A stretch of 64,000 nt of DNA from a virus. Taxonomy: Duplodnaviria; Caudoviricetes. Numbering within the stretch: the stretch's first letter is position 1; each line of letters starts with the position of its first letter. The translations under genes were made by a program, and so were the position numbers. The notes under the pieces were generated by a model, which searched no databases, had not been told where the DNA came from, and saw only the letters and a list, made by a program, of their open reading frames with translations. Positions 7,594 through 17,468 of the stretch are shown here, piece after piece. The stretch lies in the IMG/VR virus record IMGVR_UViG_645948499_000001, positions 10,902 through 74,901 of that record. One strand, given 5' to 3'.

Positions 7594-10221
7594 ATGAAGT
7601 ATGTGCAGTTCGGTGATGCCCAGGACAAGTATCCGGTGGCCATCCTTCTGAAGGAGGATGCTCTACGGAAACATGAACTGGAGCGGAACTATCTGCCCCC
7701 ATTGAAGCAACTCGGGGTGCAGAACTCGGATGTGATTGCCATCTCTCTGGCTTATGAAGCCAGGGGCAAGGTATCCGCCAAACGTGTGAAGGAGTATCTG
7801 CAAGATGAGTTGCTCCCCACACTGAAAGACCTGAAGACTCGGTATGTCTACTGTGCCGATGCTACCTACTTCAAGGCACTGACCAAGCAGAAGACGGAGG
7901 CCAACTGGGGCAACGTACTTGATTGCGTATGGCCAGGCTACGAAGACATCAAGGTAGTGTACGGGCTGAACTACCAAGTGCTGATCTTCGATCCCGGTAA
8001 ACGGGACAAACTGGAGATCGGCCTGAAGGTAATCGTGGACCACGTAAGCGGTAGGTATGTGCCTGTTGGCGAAGATCTACTCCGAGACGTGACCTATGTG
8101 TACCGAGACGAGGTAGCTAAAGCGAAGGAACAGCTGAGCAAGCTACTCGATAAGCCGGAGTTAACCTGCGATATCGAAGCGTTCAGTCTGAGTATGTTCG
8201 ACTCAGGTATCGCCACCATTGGTTTCGCTTGGTCGCAGCATGATGCTGTTCAGATCCAAGTGGACTACCAAGAGATGGCGGAACCCAGTGGTGGCCTGTA
8301 TGGGTACTGTGAAACCAATGAGCCAATGCGGGATGTACTGCGTTGGTTCTTTGAACAGTACAAAGGCCAGTTGATCTACCACAAGGCGAACTTCGACGTG
8401 AAGGTTCTGATCTACCAACTGTACATGGCACACGACCTGGATAAGGTGGGGATGCTGCGGGGGTTGGAGATCATGTGCCGGGGCATGCAGGACACGAAAG
8501 TGGTTGCGTATCTCGCGCTGAACAGCACGTCTTCCCCAAGCTATAGCTTGAAAGACCTAGGGCAGGAACATGCCGGCGACTGGTCCCAAGGCGATGACAT
8601 CAAGGACATCAGGAAGATCCCGTTGGATCAACTGATGGAGTACAACGCAGTTGATGCGGTTACCACGATGTACGTGTGGAACAAGTACTACCCTGTGATG
8701 GTTGCCGAGAAGCAAGACCAGCTGTATCACGGCCTGTTCATGGAAAGCCAGGAGATGATCATCCATACCGAACTGGTAGGGATGCCCATGTGCCCCAAAC
8801 GACTGGCTGAAGTGGAAACTGAACTGACCAAACTGCGGGATGGGTACTTCAATACCATCATGCAGGATCCCATGGTTCACCGGACAACTCTGTTGCTGCG
8901 TGAAGAAGCCATGGTGAAGAAGAATGCCACGCTGAAAACCATCCAGAAAACGATTGATGACTTCAGTCACATCGAGTTCAACCCTGGAAGTGGCCCACAG
9001 AAGGCATTGTTGCTTCATAAGGTCATTGGTTTGCCTGTCCTGGACAAAACACCTACTGGCCAGCCGGCAACCGGAGGGGATGAGCTGACAAAGCTCATAC
9101 GCCACCCTGCTGGGGCATCCTTTAAGGGATTGCTCCAAGCAATGATTGACCTGGATCGAGTACAGAAGATCCTGTCTGCTTTCATACCAGCCTTTAAGGC
9201 GGGAAGACTGAAAGCTGATGGGATGTTGTACCTCCATGGCTCATTCAACCTTGGGGGCACGATCTCCGGTCGGCTGAGTTCGTCAGACCCGAACATGCAG
9301 AACCTTCCGTCTGGTTCTGCATACGGTAAGTTGATCAAGTCCATCTTCATGGCGGCGAAAGGCTATCTCTTCGGAGGTGCAGACTTTGCAGCACTGGAGG
9401 ACCGGATCAATGCTCTGTTAACACGAGATCCTAATAAGATCAAAGTGTACACAGACGGGTACGACGGACACTCAATGCGTACCTTTGCGTTCTGGCCTGA
9501 GAAATGTATCGGGATCGTAGATACGGTCTCTTCCATCAACTCAATCCAGCACATATACCCCGGTCTACGGGGTGAAGCAAAGGCTCCGCACTTCCTGCTC
9601 CAGTATGGTGGCAGTTGGATGGGGCTTGTGAAGAACGTCGGTTTCGCCGAAGACGAAGCCAAGAGGATCGAAGATAACTACCACAAACTCTACTCAGTGA
9701 GTGCGGATTGGGTAGCAACTGAGATCCAAAAGGCAACAAAACAGGGGTATGTGCAGCTGGCTTTCGGCCTGAAGTTACGCACACCTCTGCTGGGCAACAC
9801 CATGCTCAACTTGAAAGTCACGCCTAAGCAGGCAGCAGCTGAATCCCGGAGCGCTGGAAACGCAGTGTCTGGTCAGTCCTGGGGCCTGCTGAACAATCGG
9901 GCAGCAGTAGCTTTCCGAAAGCGTGTACTGGCAAGTAAGTGGCGGGAAGAGGTTCACATTGTGGCGTTGATCCATGACGCCATCTATGTCCTGTTCCCAG
10001 ATGATCCTGAGTGTGTGGCATGGGTCAACAATGCTCTCTGCGAAGAGATGGCTTGGCAGGAGGATCCCGCTATTGCACATGATCAAGTCAAGATCGGTGC
10101 AAACCTGGATCTATTCTGGCCGTCGTGGGCACATGCCTGCACTCTGGATTACCCAATAACTGTTGAGCGGCTTCAAGAGCAATGCACTGCACACGTAGCC
10201 GCATTGAAGGAGAAGAAGTGA
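7594..10221 (+). CDS. family A DNA polymerase with 3'-5' exonuclease
   Basis: Exo DIE, HKANFD, YNAVD; GRLSSSDPNMQN; motif A DFAALEDR; motif B RGEAKAPHFLLQYG; motif C IHDA. Confidence 0.95.
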   Translation: MKYVQFGDAQDKYPVAILLKEDALRKHELERNYLPPLKQLGVQNSDVIAISLAYEARGKVSAKRVKEYLQDELLPTLKDLKTRYVYCADATYFKALTKQKTEANWGNVLDCVWPGYEDIKVVYGLNYQVLIFDPGKRDKLEIGLKVIVDHVSGRYVPVGEDLLRDVTYVYRDEVAKAKEQLSKLLDKPELTCDIEAFSLSMFDSGIATIGFAWSQHDAVQIQVDYQEMAEPSGGLYGYCETNEPMRDVLRWFFEQYKGQLIYHKANFDVKVLIYQLYMAHDLDKVGMLRGLEIMCRGMQDTKVVAYLALNSTSSPSYSLKDLGQEHAGDWSQGDDIKDIRKIPLDQLMEYNAVDAVTTMYVWNKYYPVMVAEKQDQLYHGLFMESQEMIIHTELVGMPMCPKRLAEVETELTKLRDGYFNTIMQDPMVHRTTLLLREEAMVKKNATLKTIQKTIDDFSHIEFNPGSGPQKALLLHKVIGLPVLDKTPTGQPATGGDELTKLIRHPAGASFKGLLQAMIDLDRVQKILSAFIPAFKAGRLKADGMLYLHGSFNLGGTISGRLSSSDPNMQNLPSGSAYGKLIKSIFMAAKGYLFGGADFAALEDRINALLTRDPNKIKVYTDGYDGHSMRTFAFWPEKCIGIVDTVSSINSIQHIYPGLRGEAKAPHFLLQYGGSWMGLVKNVGFAEDEAKRIEDNYHKLYSVSADWVATEIQKATKQGYVQLAFGLKLRTPLLGNTMLNLKVTPKQAAAESRSAGNAVSGQSWGLLNNRAAVAFRKRVLASKWREEVHIVALIHDAIYVLFPDDPECVAWVNNALCEEMAWQEDPAIAHDQVKIGANLDLFWPSWAHACTLDYPITVERLQEQCTAHVAALKEKK

Positions 10222-10448
10222 GCACCTGTTGGGTCAACAACCACGAGATCACTGTCACGCAAGGTCTCATTGAGGTCAGGCGTGATGGTGATCTCGTACA
10301 TGAATGTGGCGGCCTGTGGGCTGCCTGCGACTTTGCACGAGGAATCAAGCATGGCGAAGAAGCCCGAACCGAGGTCGATGAAGTATCGCGACCTGTACAT
10401 GTCGATAGCCCGGAATGCAGCGAACCAATCGGTAGCACTCCGTCATAA
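10218..10448 (+). CDS. hypothetical protein
   Basis: GTG start overlapping the polymerase stop with an AAGGAG RBS; 3' end overlaps the next gene. Confidence 0.4.
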   Translation: MSTCWVNNHEITVTQGLIEVRRDGDLVHECGGLWAACDFARGIKHGEEARTEVDEVSRPVHVDSPECSEPIGSTPS

Positions 10449-10863
10449 GGTAGGTGGTGTCTTGGTCACCAGGACCGGGGCACTCTTTACCGGTTGGAAC
10501 GGCACTTTGCCGGGCAGCGACAACTGCTGTGAGCGTGGCCCCTGGATGGACACCGAGCAGCGTCACAGAACCACGCCTCATGGCGTGATCCACGCGGAAC
10601 ATAACATCCTGGCTTGGGCTTCCCGGTCAGGAGTTCCCTTGGAAGGAAGTCATTTGTGGATTACCCGATCTCCGTGCATCAAATGTGCGGAGATGCTGGT
10701 TACCCACGGCGTAACGGCGCTCTTCTATGAAGAACTGCATGACGACACCACGGCATTCAAGGTAATGCAGGGGTCTGTCAAGTGCTTCTCATGGGAGGCA
10801 GTCAATAAGTCTGCACAAAAGCACAACGTTAAGTGGGTGACCGATGAAATCCTCAAAGACTGA
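10351..10863 (+). CDS. dCMP deaminase
   Basis: KVGGVL, GWNG, HAE and SPCIKC zinc motifs; GAGGA RBS before ATG 10351. Confidence 0.9.
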   Translation: MAKKPEPRSMKYRDLYMSIARNAANQSVALRHKVGGVLVTRTGALFTGWNGTLPGSDNCCERGPWMDTEQRHRTTPHGVIHAEHNILAWASRSGVPLEGSHLWITRSPCIKCAEMLVTHGVTALFYEELHDDTTAFKVMQGSVKCFSWEAVNKSAQKHNVKWVTDEILKD

Positions 10864-11038
10864 AGACCGGAAGTCCTATTGGGCTTCCTTCCTCCATATG
10901 GTTCGTCACTTTGGGAGTGTGGATGCTGCTGAGCATGCCATCGCTTCCGGCAAGGCGGTCTATGGAAAACCGAACGTCCCTAAAGGTTACGTGCTGGGCA
11001 CGGACATCAAGGGAATGTATGTGTTTCATAAGGAGTAA
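10844..11038 (+). CDS. hypothetical protein
   Basis: Small ORF in the operon. Confidence 0.6.
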   Translation: MKSSKTEDRKSYWASFLHMVRHFGSVDAAEHAIASGKAVYGKPNVPKGYVLGTDIKGMYVFHKE

Positions 11039-11045
11039 ATGAATC

Positions 11046-11339
11046 ATGGCGAAGAAGACTGCCAAGAAACCAACGTGGACCCCCGGCAAGTACGGGCATG
11101 CACCAGTTAACGGGCGGTACTTCTTCGTTCATGAGGAATCCCGCATGACGCATACCTGGGTAATGGGCCAAGGTCCAGTACCCCCACATTTCAAGCAGGT
11201 GACCATGGAAGAGTACGACCTCTTCCGTGCTGTCACCGCTTCGTTATCCCGTAATGCCAGAAAGAAACTGTTGTCGCTGTACCCACCGAAGCCAGTTGCT
11301 CCGGTGAAGAAGAAACGTACCCGTAAAGCCAAGGAGTAA
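11046..11339 (+). CDS. basic hypothetical protein
   Basis: AAGGAG RBS; Lys-rich termini. Confidence 0.7.
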   Translation: MAKKTAKKPTWTPGKYGHAPVNGRYFFVHEESRMTHTWVMGQGPVPPHFKQVTMEEYDLFRAVTASLSRNARKKLLSLYPPKPVAPVKKKRTRKAKE

Positions 11340-11342
11340 ACC

Positions 11343-13865
11343 ATGCAAGTAACCCATACGAGTGACCGGATCACTCATGCCGTCATTGGCGGTGAAGAAA
11401 AGATTCAGATGAAGGTCAATGCTGACGCTGCCTTCTTCCACATGCTGTCCGATACCCTGTATTCCGACAAGCCCATGGCCGTAGTGCGTGAAGTTCTGTG
11501 CAACGCCTGGGATGCCCACATCGAGGCAGAGAACACCCACACACCGATCAAGGTTTACTTCTCCGAGGACAATGAGTTCGTCGTAGAAGACTTCGGTAAG
11601 GGTATCCCCAAGGACAAGATGGGCGACATCTACGGAACCCTGGGCGGGTCCACCAAGCAGAAGAACTCTGAAGTCACTGGTGGCTTTGGTTTGGGCTGCA
11701 AGTCCCCCTTCGCCCTGGTTGATTCCTTCCAGGTGGAGTCTTCCCACGAAGGCGTTCGGACCATCTACCGCATCAGCAAGTCCTCTGCTGAACGGAATGG
11801 TTTGCCCACTATTACCCCGATGCTCTCCATTCCTTGCACCAAGCCAGGTCTGAAAGTGTCCATCCCCCTGGACGGCAATCGAGTCAGCCGTAACACCATG
11901 CTGCACAATGCTCGCATGGTTGTCCGTAACGGCGGAATGCTGGCAGAAGTTTCCGGGAATGTAGTTCCCACTCTGCCCATCGCAGAAGCCAAGAATGGCT
12001 TCCTCATCGCACGCGGCCCGCATGCTGAACACATGCCTGGATCCATCTGTGTTCTGTACGGAAATGTGATCTATCCGGTATCGGACCATGATGACTACGA
12101 GTATCTGTACGATGAGTGTAAGGACTGGCTTCGTCTGTCCGGCGACTACAACTCTGCCCTGGTGCTGAAGGCTCAACCGAACACCATTGAAGTGACTCCC
12201 AGCCGGGAATCCCTCTCGATGGTCCCCACAACCAAGAACACCCTTCATGGTTTGTTGGAGAAGTTCCACTCCTACATGAAGAACAACCTCGACGGGGCCA
12301 TGTTGCAGTTGCTCAAGCACAATAACGAGAAGGCATTGGAGAGTGCGCAGTGGGGTCAACTCATGCAGCAGGGTGCTATCCCTGTTGTGAACCAAGCTTC
12401 CCTGAACGAGTTCCTGAAACCAGGGGACATCATCGGGGATACCATCCTCACAGCGGCTGGTGTTGCCCTCTGGATCTTCTCTGTCTGGGGACCGGATGTA
12501 GTGAAGCGCTTGCCCAATGGGAAAGCCATTCTGGCGCGGGACCGGGTTAACCGGGTAGCCATGCTCCGTAAGTGTCCGGAAGTAGACCAGGTTCTTCTTG
12601 GTCAGCTTCTGCGTGTTCACCGCAAGTGCCCGACCAAGCGTCCTGCTGACAGTACCAGGAACTTCGTATCTGCTGCCTTCCGTAAGATCTTCATGAAGGA
12701 CATGCTCATGGGTCCGGTGCAGTCTCGCCGGTTCGTGGTAAACCACTCCAGGGATATGACGGTCCTAACAAGCAACAGAGATTGGATGTCCTCTGCTGCA
12801 CTTCCCGAGTTCCATCCGATCCAGCCTTTGCTTCTGTATTCATTCCAGAAGAGGATCGTGGTGCTCACTCACAGCAGTAAGGATGTTGAGAGTCGTATCC
12901 TAAAGCATCCACTGAGCGGGGAGTACTTCAAGAAGGGAGTTCGTACTCACTTCTTCACTTACGTGACCCCACGTAGTGCGAAGACTCTGGCCGAGGTACG
13001 CAATCACTTCAACTCGTTGGAGAACGTTGCACTTCTCGACCTGACCAAGGAAATTGAGTACATCCCGCCTGCTGAACGGATCAAAACCAAGAAGGTGAAG
13101 ATGGAGGGCTTCGCTACCCTGCGGACTGCCCGTAAAACTGACTACTTCAGTCAGGAGTTGGCCAAGACTGGTACAGAACACCGTACTGACAAACCCGTGG
13201 CCTTCTCGTACCTCTTCTCCAAGTCCAACACATATCATGCGAGGACTGAACTTCCTGGTTTCCGCTCTGCGGTTGCTGTCCACATCCTGAAGGTATGGGG
13301 TGACAAGGTTGCAATCGCTCACAGCATCCACGATGAGAAGAAGTTCATCGCGATGGGTCTGCCTACCCTGGAGGAGTACGTGCAGGCGGAAATGCTGAAG
13401 TTCGTGCGTACCAACAAGAAGGCTTTGTTGAAGTACGTGGGTTCTTCGTGGGCAGCGGCTCAGCGAGTATTCGAGCCTGACGATGAGTATGGTTCCGGGT
13501 ACACCATCTGCAAGCATCTGCTCGAAACCAATGAGTGGAGGGATGCGCTCGGTATTAAGACGGGCCTGTCCCCGGAGTTGGTAGCCAAGTGGAATCTGCT
13601 GTGCGTCTACCGGGACAATGTGCGACGGTACACCACTGCCCACAAGGAGTTGGAGAGTGCTTGTGAGTTCCTGGACACCGCCGCACCGACTGCAAAGGTG
13701 CGGGAGTTGGTGAACACGATCAAGGACTACCCAACGTTCAACCTGCTTTGCTCGAACTCGACCATCAAGTTCCTCAAGCAGGCGGAAACGAAGGAAGAAA
13801 CCTTCCATATGCTGCAAACCATGCTGAAAAGGAGTAAGCAATGTCAAAAGAAATCTGCGTCGTAG
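11343..13865 (+). CDS. rIIA: rIIA-like protein
   Basis: N-terminal GHKL-like motifs LYSDKPMAVVREVLCNAWDAH, DFGKGI, GGFGLGCKSPFA; adjacent rIIB. Confidence 0.88.
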   Translation: MQVTHTSDRITHAVIGGEEKIQMKVNADAAFFHMLSDTLYSDKPMAVVREVLCNAWDAHIEAENTHTPIKVYFSEDNEFVVEDFGKGIPKDKMGDIYGTLGGSTKQKNSEVTGGFGLGCKSPFALVDSFQVESSHEGVRTIYRISKSSAERNGLPTITPMLSIPCTKPGLKVSIPLDGNRVSRNTMLHNARMVVRNGGMLAEVSGNVVPTLPIAEAKNGFLIARGPHAEHMPGSICVLYGNVIYPVSDHDDYEYLYDECKDWLRLSGDYNSALVLKAQPNTIEVTPSRESLSMVPTTKNTLHGLLEKFHSYMKNNLDGAMLQLLKHNNEKALESAQWGQLMQQGAIPVVNQASLNEFLKPGDIIGDTILTAAGVALWIFSVWGPDVVKRLPNGKAILARDRVNRVAMLRKCPEVDQVLLGQLLRVHRKCPTKRPADSTRNFVSAAFRKIFMKDMLMGPVQSRRFVVNHSRDMTVLTSNRDWMSSAALPEFHPIQPLLLYSFQKRIVVLTHSSKDVESRILKHPLSGEYFKKGVRTHFFTYVTPRSAKTLAEVRNHFNSLENVALLDLTKEIEYIPPAERIKTKKVKMEGFATLRTARKTDYFSQELAKTGTEHRTDKPVAFSYLFSKSNTYHARTELPGFRSAVAVHILKVWGDKVAIAHSIHDEKKFIAMGLPTLEEYVQAEMLKFVRTNKKALLKYVGSSWAAAQRVFEPDDEYGSGYTICKHLLETNEWRDALGIKTGLSPELVAKWNLLCVYRDNVRRYTTAHKELESACEFLDTAAPTAKVRELVNTIKDYPTFNLLCSNSTIKFLKQAETKEETFHMLQTMLKRSKQCQKKSAS

Positions 13866-15385
13866 GGGCAATCCTCGACGAGAAGAACCTGACCCTGTAC
13901 CTCAAGGGTTCAACTGAAACCGTCCGCATTCCGCAAGGAGATGCACGTCTGAAACCTGCCGTGGACTTCCTCGTTCCCCGCCTGGGTACTCCCGGTGCCG
14001 AGGTGATGATCGACCTCGACAAGGTGGCCAATGTCGTCAACCACTTCGAAGAAGTCGAGAAGAAGTCCAATGGACTGGTTCGCTTCTTCCGTGTGGCGAA
14101 GGAGAAGGTGAAGGCTGCTTTGGGTATTGGCGATGACAGCCAGGAACCCCAGACTCCGGTCCAACCCTTCACCGCTGGCGCGGTCAAGGTGGACGCTGCG
14201 TCTGCTCCCCTGGCTGTCGAAAAGGTCGAGATCAAGGATGCGAAGCTGGCCTCTGCTGTCGATGAGATCCTGTCGAACGCACGTCCTGCTGTCTCCTCCG
14301 ATCTGACCTTGAGCGATACCAGCACGGACACCGTAGTTGCTGTCGTAGACGGCAAGGTGGTGACCGATGCCCAGAACCTGGCCACGCAGGTGGTTGCAGT
14401 ATCCAAGGGCCAGTCCAGTGCCAAGGGTCTTCAGAAGTTCCTGGAGCGTGTCGCCAGCGTAAGCCATGAGCGTCAGCACTCCAAGGATGACCTGATGAAG
14501 TTCATGAAGCGCGGCGACCTGCCGATTGCGGATGACGGCTCCATCATCATCTACAAGCTGCTGCGTCGTACCAGTGCCGGTCACTTCGTGGACTGCCACA
14601 CTGGCAACGTACCGCAGCGTGTCGGTAGCCATGTCTTCATGGACAAGAAACTGGTCGACCCCAACCGCCGCAACGAGTGCTCCAATGGCCTGCACGTAGC
14701 TCGTCGCCAGTACCTGGGCACCTTCAGCGGGGACGTTTGCGTCCTCGGTAAGGTAGCCCCGGAAGACGTGATCGCCGTGCCGGAGTACGACGCCAACAAG
14801 ATGCGGGTATGTGGTTACCACATCCTGTTCGAGTTGCCGGATGAAGCTCGCAAGAAGCTCCAGCGTAACCAGCCGATGACTGACGATCCGACCTGCGCCA
14901 AGATCCTGGCCAAGGCAATCGCCGGTGATCACGTTGGTGTACTGGAGCGTGTCGAGATCGGCGGCCACAAGGGCACCAACATCCGCGTCACCAAGATGGG
15001 CAATCAGGGCTTCGACAAGAAGCAACTGAAGGCCAATAACCTGGAAGGCGCGGCTGAAGCCAAGGCTATCGAGACTGAAGTCGAGTCCAGCCTGAAGGCA
15101 GATGCCGTCGATGCCAAGGCGGTAGCCCATGAGGTTGCTGCCAAGGCCCGGCAGCCGAAGCCGGCCAAGGCTGAAACCAAGAAGGCCAAGACTGCTGCTC
15201 CGAAAGGTAAGCAGTCCCTGGCCGATCAAGGTAAGACCCTCTTCAATGCCTTCATGAAGAATCCGAGGGACAAGGCTGCTGCTCAAGCATGCCTGGACTT
15301 CAAGAAGGCCAAGAAGAAGGGCTGGGCTGTCCTGGGTATGCCCGCAGATGCCGAAGAGCGTCTGAAGCGGACCCTGGAGTCCTAA
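13841..15385 (+). CDS. rIIB: rIIB-like protein
   Basis: DLPIADDGSIIIYK, DCHTG, ECSNGLHV, PEDVIAVPEYDANKMRVCGY. Confidence 0.88.
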   Translation: MSKEICVVGAILDEKNLTLYLKGSTETVRIPQGDARLKPAVDFLVPRLGTPGAEVMIDLDKVANVVNHFEEVEKKSNGLVRFFRVAKEKVKAALGIGDDSQEPQTPVQPFTAGAVKVDAASAPLAVEKVEIKDAKLASAVDEILSNARPAVSSDLTLSDTSTDTVVAVVDGKVVTDAQNLATQVVAVSKGQSSAKGLQKFLERVASVSHERQHSKDDLMKFMKRGDLPIADDGSIIIYKLLRRTSAGHFVDCHTGNVPQRVGSHVFMDKKLVDPNRRNECSNGLHVARRQYLGTFSGDVCVLGKVAPEDVIAVPEYDANKMRVCGYHILFELPDEARKKLQRNQPMTDDPTCAKILAKAIAGDHVGVLERVEIGGHKGTNIRVTKMGNQGFDKKQLKANNLEGAAEAKAIETEVESSLKADAVDAKAVAHEVAAKARQPKPAKAETKKAKTAAPKGKQSLADQGKTLFNAFMKNPRDKAAAQACLDFKKAKKKGWAVLGMPADAEERLKRTLES

Positions 15386-15392
15386 CTCTTTA

Positions 15393-15418
15393 GGGGGAGG
15401 CAACTCCCCCACTCTTTC
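15393..15418 (+). terminator. hairpin after rIIB, possible terminator
   Basis: GGGGGAG-GCAA-CTCCCCC followed by a weak U tract. Confidence 0.5.
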
Positions 15419-15428
15419 AGGAGGCTCT

Positions 15429-15653
15429 ATGAGCTATTGGGAAATTTACTTGGTGTTAGGCGTACTCTGGTTTCTCTACGAGATCGCCGATCTGATGGGT
15501 AACCCTCCGCAACTGGTTAAGTTCGTCAAGGTATCCCCGGCCAAGCGCCTGGTAATGATTTTCATGAACTTCGGCCTGTGTATATTCATCTGGCCGCTGC
15601 TCTTCCTGGTTGAAGTAGGGGTTCTCCTCTACCTCAAGTTCAGATCCCGTTAG
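15429..15653 (+). CDS. small membrane protein (2 TM)
   Basis: AGGAGG RBS; two hydrophobic segments. Confidence 0.7.
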   Translation: MSYWEIYLVLGVLWFLYEIADLMGNPPQLVKFVKVSPAKRLVMIFMNFGLCIFIWPLLFLVEVGVLLYLKFRSR

Positions 15654-15746
15654 TCAACTAGCCGATTAGTACCCGTGTAATCAACTCAGGATTGCTTTAT
15701 CATGGCATTTGGCTGCTACTAAGCAGTGAACTTGCTGGAGAGTCCA

Positions 15747-16064
15747 ATGCCTTGGAAAAGCAACCCTGACTTGTGGGGTTTACTCGGTGCAGTGTTGATC
15801 AGTCTGATAAGTGGACTGATCTCGCTGGCTTCTCGGTTGGCTAAGGGCCATCCACTAAACTTCTTCTGGGTGGTTTCGGAGATGGGAGCGGCTATGCTTA
15901 GCGGCTACCTGGTCTATGACCTCTACCCGATCTACCAAGAAGAACTTCCTCGATGGGCAACCATGCCAATCTGCGTAGCATTCTCGGCCCACCTGGGCGG
16001 TAGACTGTTCCAGTGGGTCGAGTTCAAGGTGAAGGAGAGATTCCAAATCCCTGACTCCATCTAG
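15747..16064 (+). CDS. putative holin
   Basis: About 105 aa with 2-3 TM segments and a charged C-terminus; AHLGGRL recalls LydA-type holins; close to the lysis genes. Confidence 0.65.
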   Translation: MPWKSNPDLWGLLGAVLISLISGLISLASRLAKGHPLNFFWVVSEMGAAMLSGYLVYDLYPIYQEELPRWATMPICVAFSAHLGGRLFQWVEFKVKERFQIPDSI

Positions 16065-16072
16065 GAAACCAG

Positions 16073-16098
16073 AACCCCTCTTCGGAGGGGTTTTTTAT
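16073..16098 (+). terminator. rho-independent terminator
   Basis: AACCCCTC-TTCG-GAGGGGTT followed by a T run. Confidence 0.85.
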
Positions 16099-16114
16099 TG
16101 TCTGAGGTTCCACC

Positions 16115-16360
16115 ATGAGCAAGTCATACACAGTTGTGTTCAACACCGATGCTGTAGAGCAGCTAGGTTCATTCATCCAAGCCATGAAGCAGGAAGGGAT
16201 CGAAGTCTCGGCCCTGTGCCAAGGCGATGCCATTCTCAAAGCAGAAGCTCTTGTCCACTACTTCCCGGCAGAACTGACCCCGGAAGTGATCGAAGGCTTC
16301 TGCAACAAGTATCAAGAAATGGAGGACTACCATGTCTCGCAGCAAGAAGAAATCGTTTGA
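16115..16360 (+). CDS. hypothetical protein
   Basis: GAGG RBS; ORF of 81 aa. Confidence 0.65.
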   Translation: MSKSYTVVFNTDAVEQLGSFIQAMKQEGIEVSALCQGDAILKAEALVHYFPAELTPEVIEGFCNKYQEMEDYHVSQQEEIV

Positions 16361-16913
16361 GATCATCACCAATATCTCGTCCATGCCCATCTACTACAAG
16401 GTAGTGAACAGCATCGTTCAGGTCGGCACGAACAAGTACAACCATCATCTGACCCTGGAGAAGTACGCAGGCTTCCTGCGTACCAATACTGGTATCTGGT
16501 TTGTAAACCGTGGGTATGCGGACGAGGTTGGGAGAGTAGATCTCCGCAATGACTTCGACAAGAAAGCCACCCTGGCCCACTTGAAGAGGCACTACGATGC
16601 GTTCTGGGTAAACGAGAACGGAGGCCGTAAGGCTTGGCCTACTGTCGAAGCAGCACTTGACAGTTTCCGTCGTCGGAAGCGTATGCATGTGCATCACACA
16701 GAGCAGGCTTACAAGACTGCTGTGTCTGGCATGGCTTGGACTGACTCGTTGACCGATGAGGACATCGCCAAGCTTCAGCTGACTGGTCGCCTGTCTCGTA
16801 ACGAGGAAGATGCCTGGGAACCCTTCAAGAACCGGTCGGTAATCCCTGCCGATCTCCAGCAGGTTCAGGGTGGACCCATTGGTACTGAATGGGATCCCTT
16901 CGACCAGGTATAA
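16332..16913 (+). CDS. hypothetical protein
   Basis: GGAGG RBS; ORF of 193 aa. Confidence 0.7.
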   Translation: MSRSKKKSFEIITNISSMPIYYKVVNSIVQVGTNKYNHHLTLEKYAGFLRTNTGIWFVNRGYADEVGRVDLRNDFDKKATLAHLKRHYDAFWVNENGGRKAWPTVEAALDSFRRRKRMHVHHTEQAYKTAVSGMAWTDSLTDEDIAKLQLTGRLSRNEEDAWEPFKNRSVIPADLQQVQGGPIGTEWDPFDQV

Positions 16914-16952
16914 AAAAACCCCCTACAGGTAGCGACATGCCTGTAGGGGGTT
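16912..16952 (-). terminator. terminator between convergent operons
   Basis: A run, then AACCCCCTACAGG...CCTGTAGGGGGTT. Confidence 0.8.
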
Positions 16953-16967
16953 GAGGTTGGATGAAAC

Positions 16968-17468
16968 CTATGGGGAAGGAGCGGACCCCACGGAACGAAC
17001 TATCGCATAGCTCTTCTGACAGGTCAATCCTGCTGCATGGCTTCGGTCAAACGCTGCTGCGAGTTCTTGTCGATCCGCAACACAGCTTCCGTACAAGTCG
17101 GCGAGCACCACAGCGGCGGCATTGCTTGCATGGCGCTCACGTCCAGCGGAGGCACCTTCGGCAATGAGTTGGTCACGTAGACCGGAGACTTGGACCCGCA
17201 GGCTGCGAGACTGAGCATCAGCAGCAGCAATGCGGGTAGCTTGAGCAGCCAGTTGTTCATCTGCATCTTTCTTCACCTCTTCGATTGCGTTGAGCATGCT
17301 TTGCTCAATTGATTTTGTGTTTTCGTCAGCCGCCTTTTGGGCGGCCTCCATTCGGCTTTCCCAAGCCTCATTGGTTTTGCCTACTCCTTGGGAGTAGGCC
17401 CACCAGCAGAGGACCAGGACCAGCAATGCTTCGCCAAACCAGCGAAGCATACGTGGGGTGATCGTCAT
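16968..17468 (-). CDS. Rz: i-spanin (Rz-like)
   Basis: N-terminal TM (ALLVLVLCWWAY) followed by a coiled coil; start overlaps the endolysin stop. Confidence 0.85.
   Translation of the reverse strand: MTITPRMLRWFGEALLVLVLCWWAYSQGVGKTNEAWESRMEAAQKAADENTKSIEQSMLNAIEEVKKDADEQLAAQATRIAAADAQSRSLRVQVSGLRDQLIAEGASAGRERHASNAAAVVLADLYGSCVADRQELAAAFDRSHAAGLTCQKSYAIVRSVGSAPSP
17024..17260 (-). CDS. Rz1: o-spanin lipoprotein (Rz1-like), embedded in Rz
   Basis: Signal peptide with lipobox LAA-C; Pro-rich; nested in an alternative frame. Confidence 0.8.
   Translation of the reverse strand: MNNWLLKLPALLLLMLSLAACGSKSPVYVTNSLPKVPPLDVSAMQAMPPLWCSPTCTEAVLRIDKNSQQRLTEAMQQD

Noticed and set aside
11244-15412. 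Long - strand ORFs opposite rIIA/rIIB
   Set aside because: Antisense shadows of well-supported genes.
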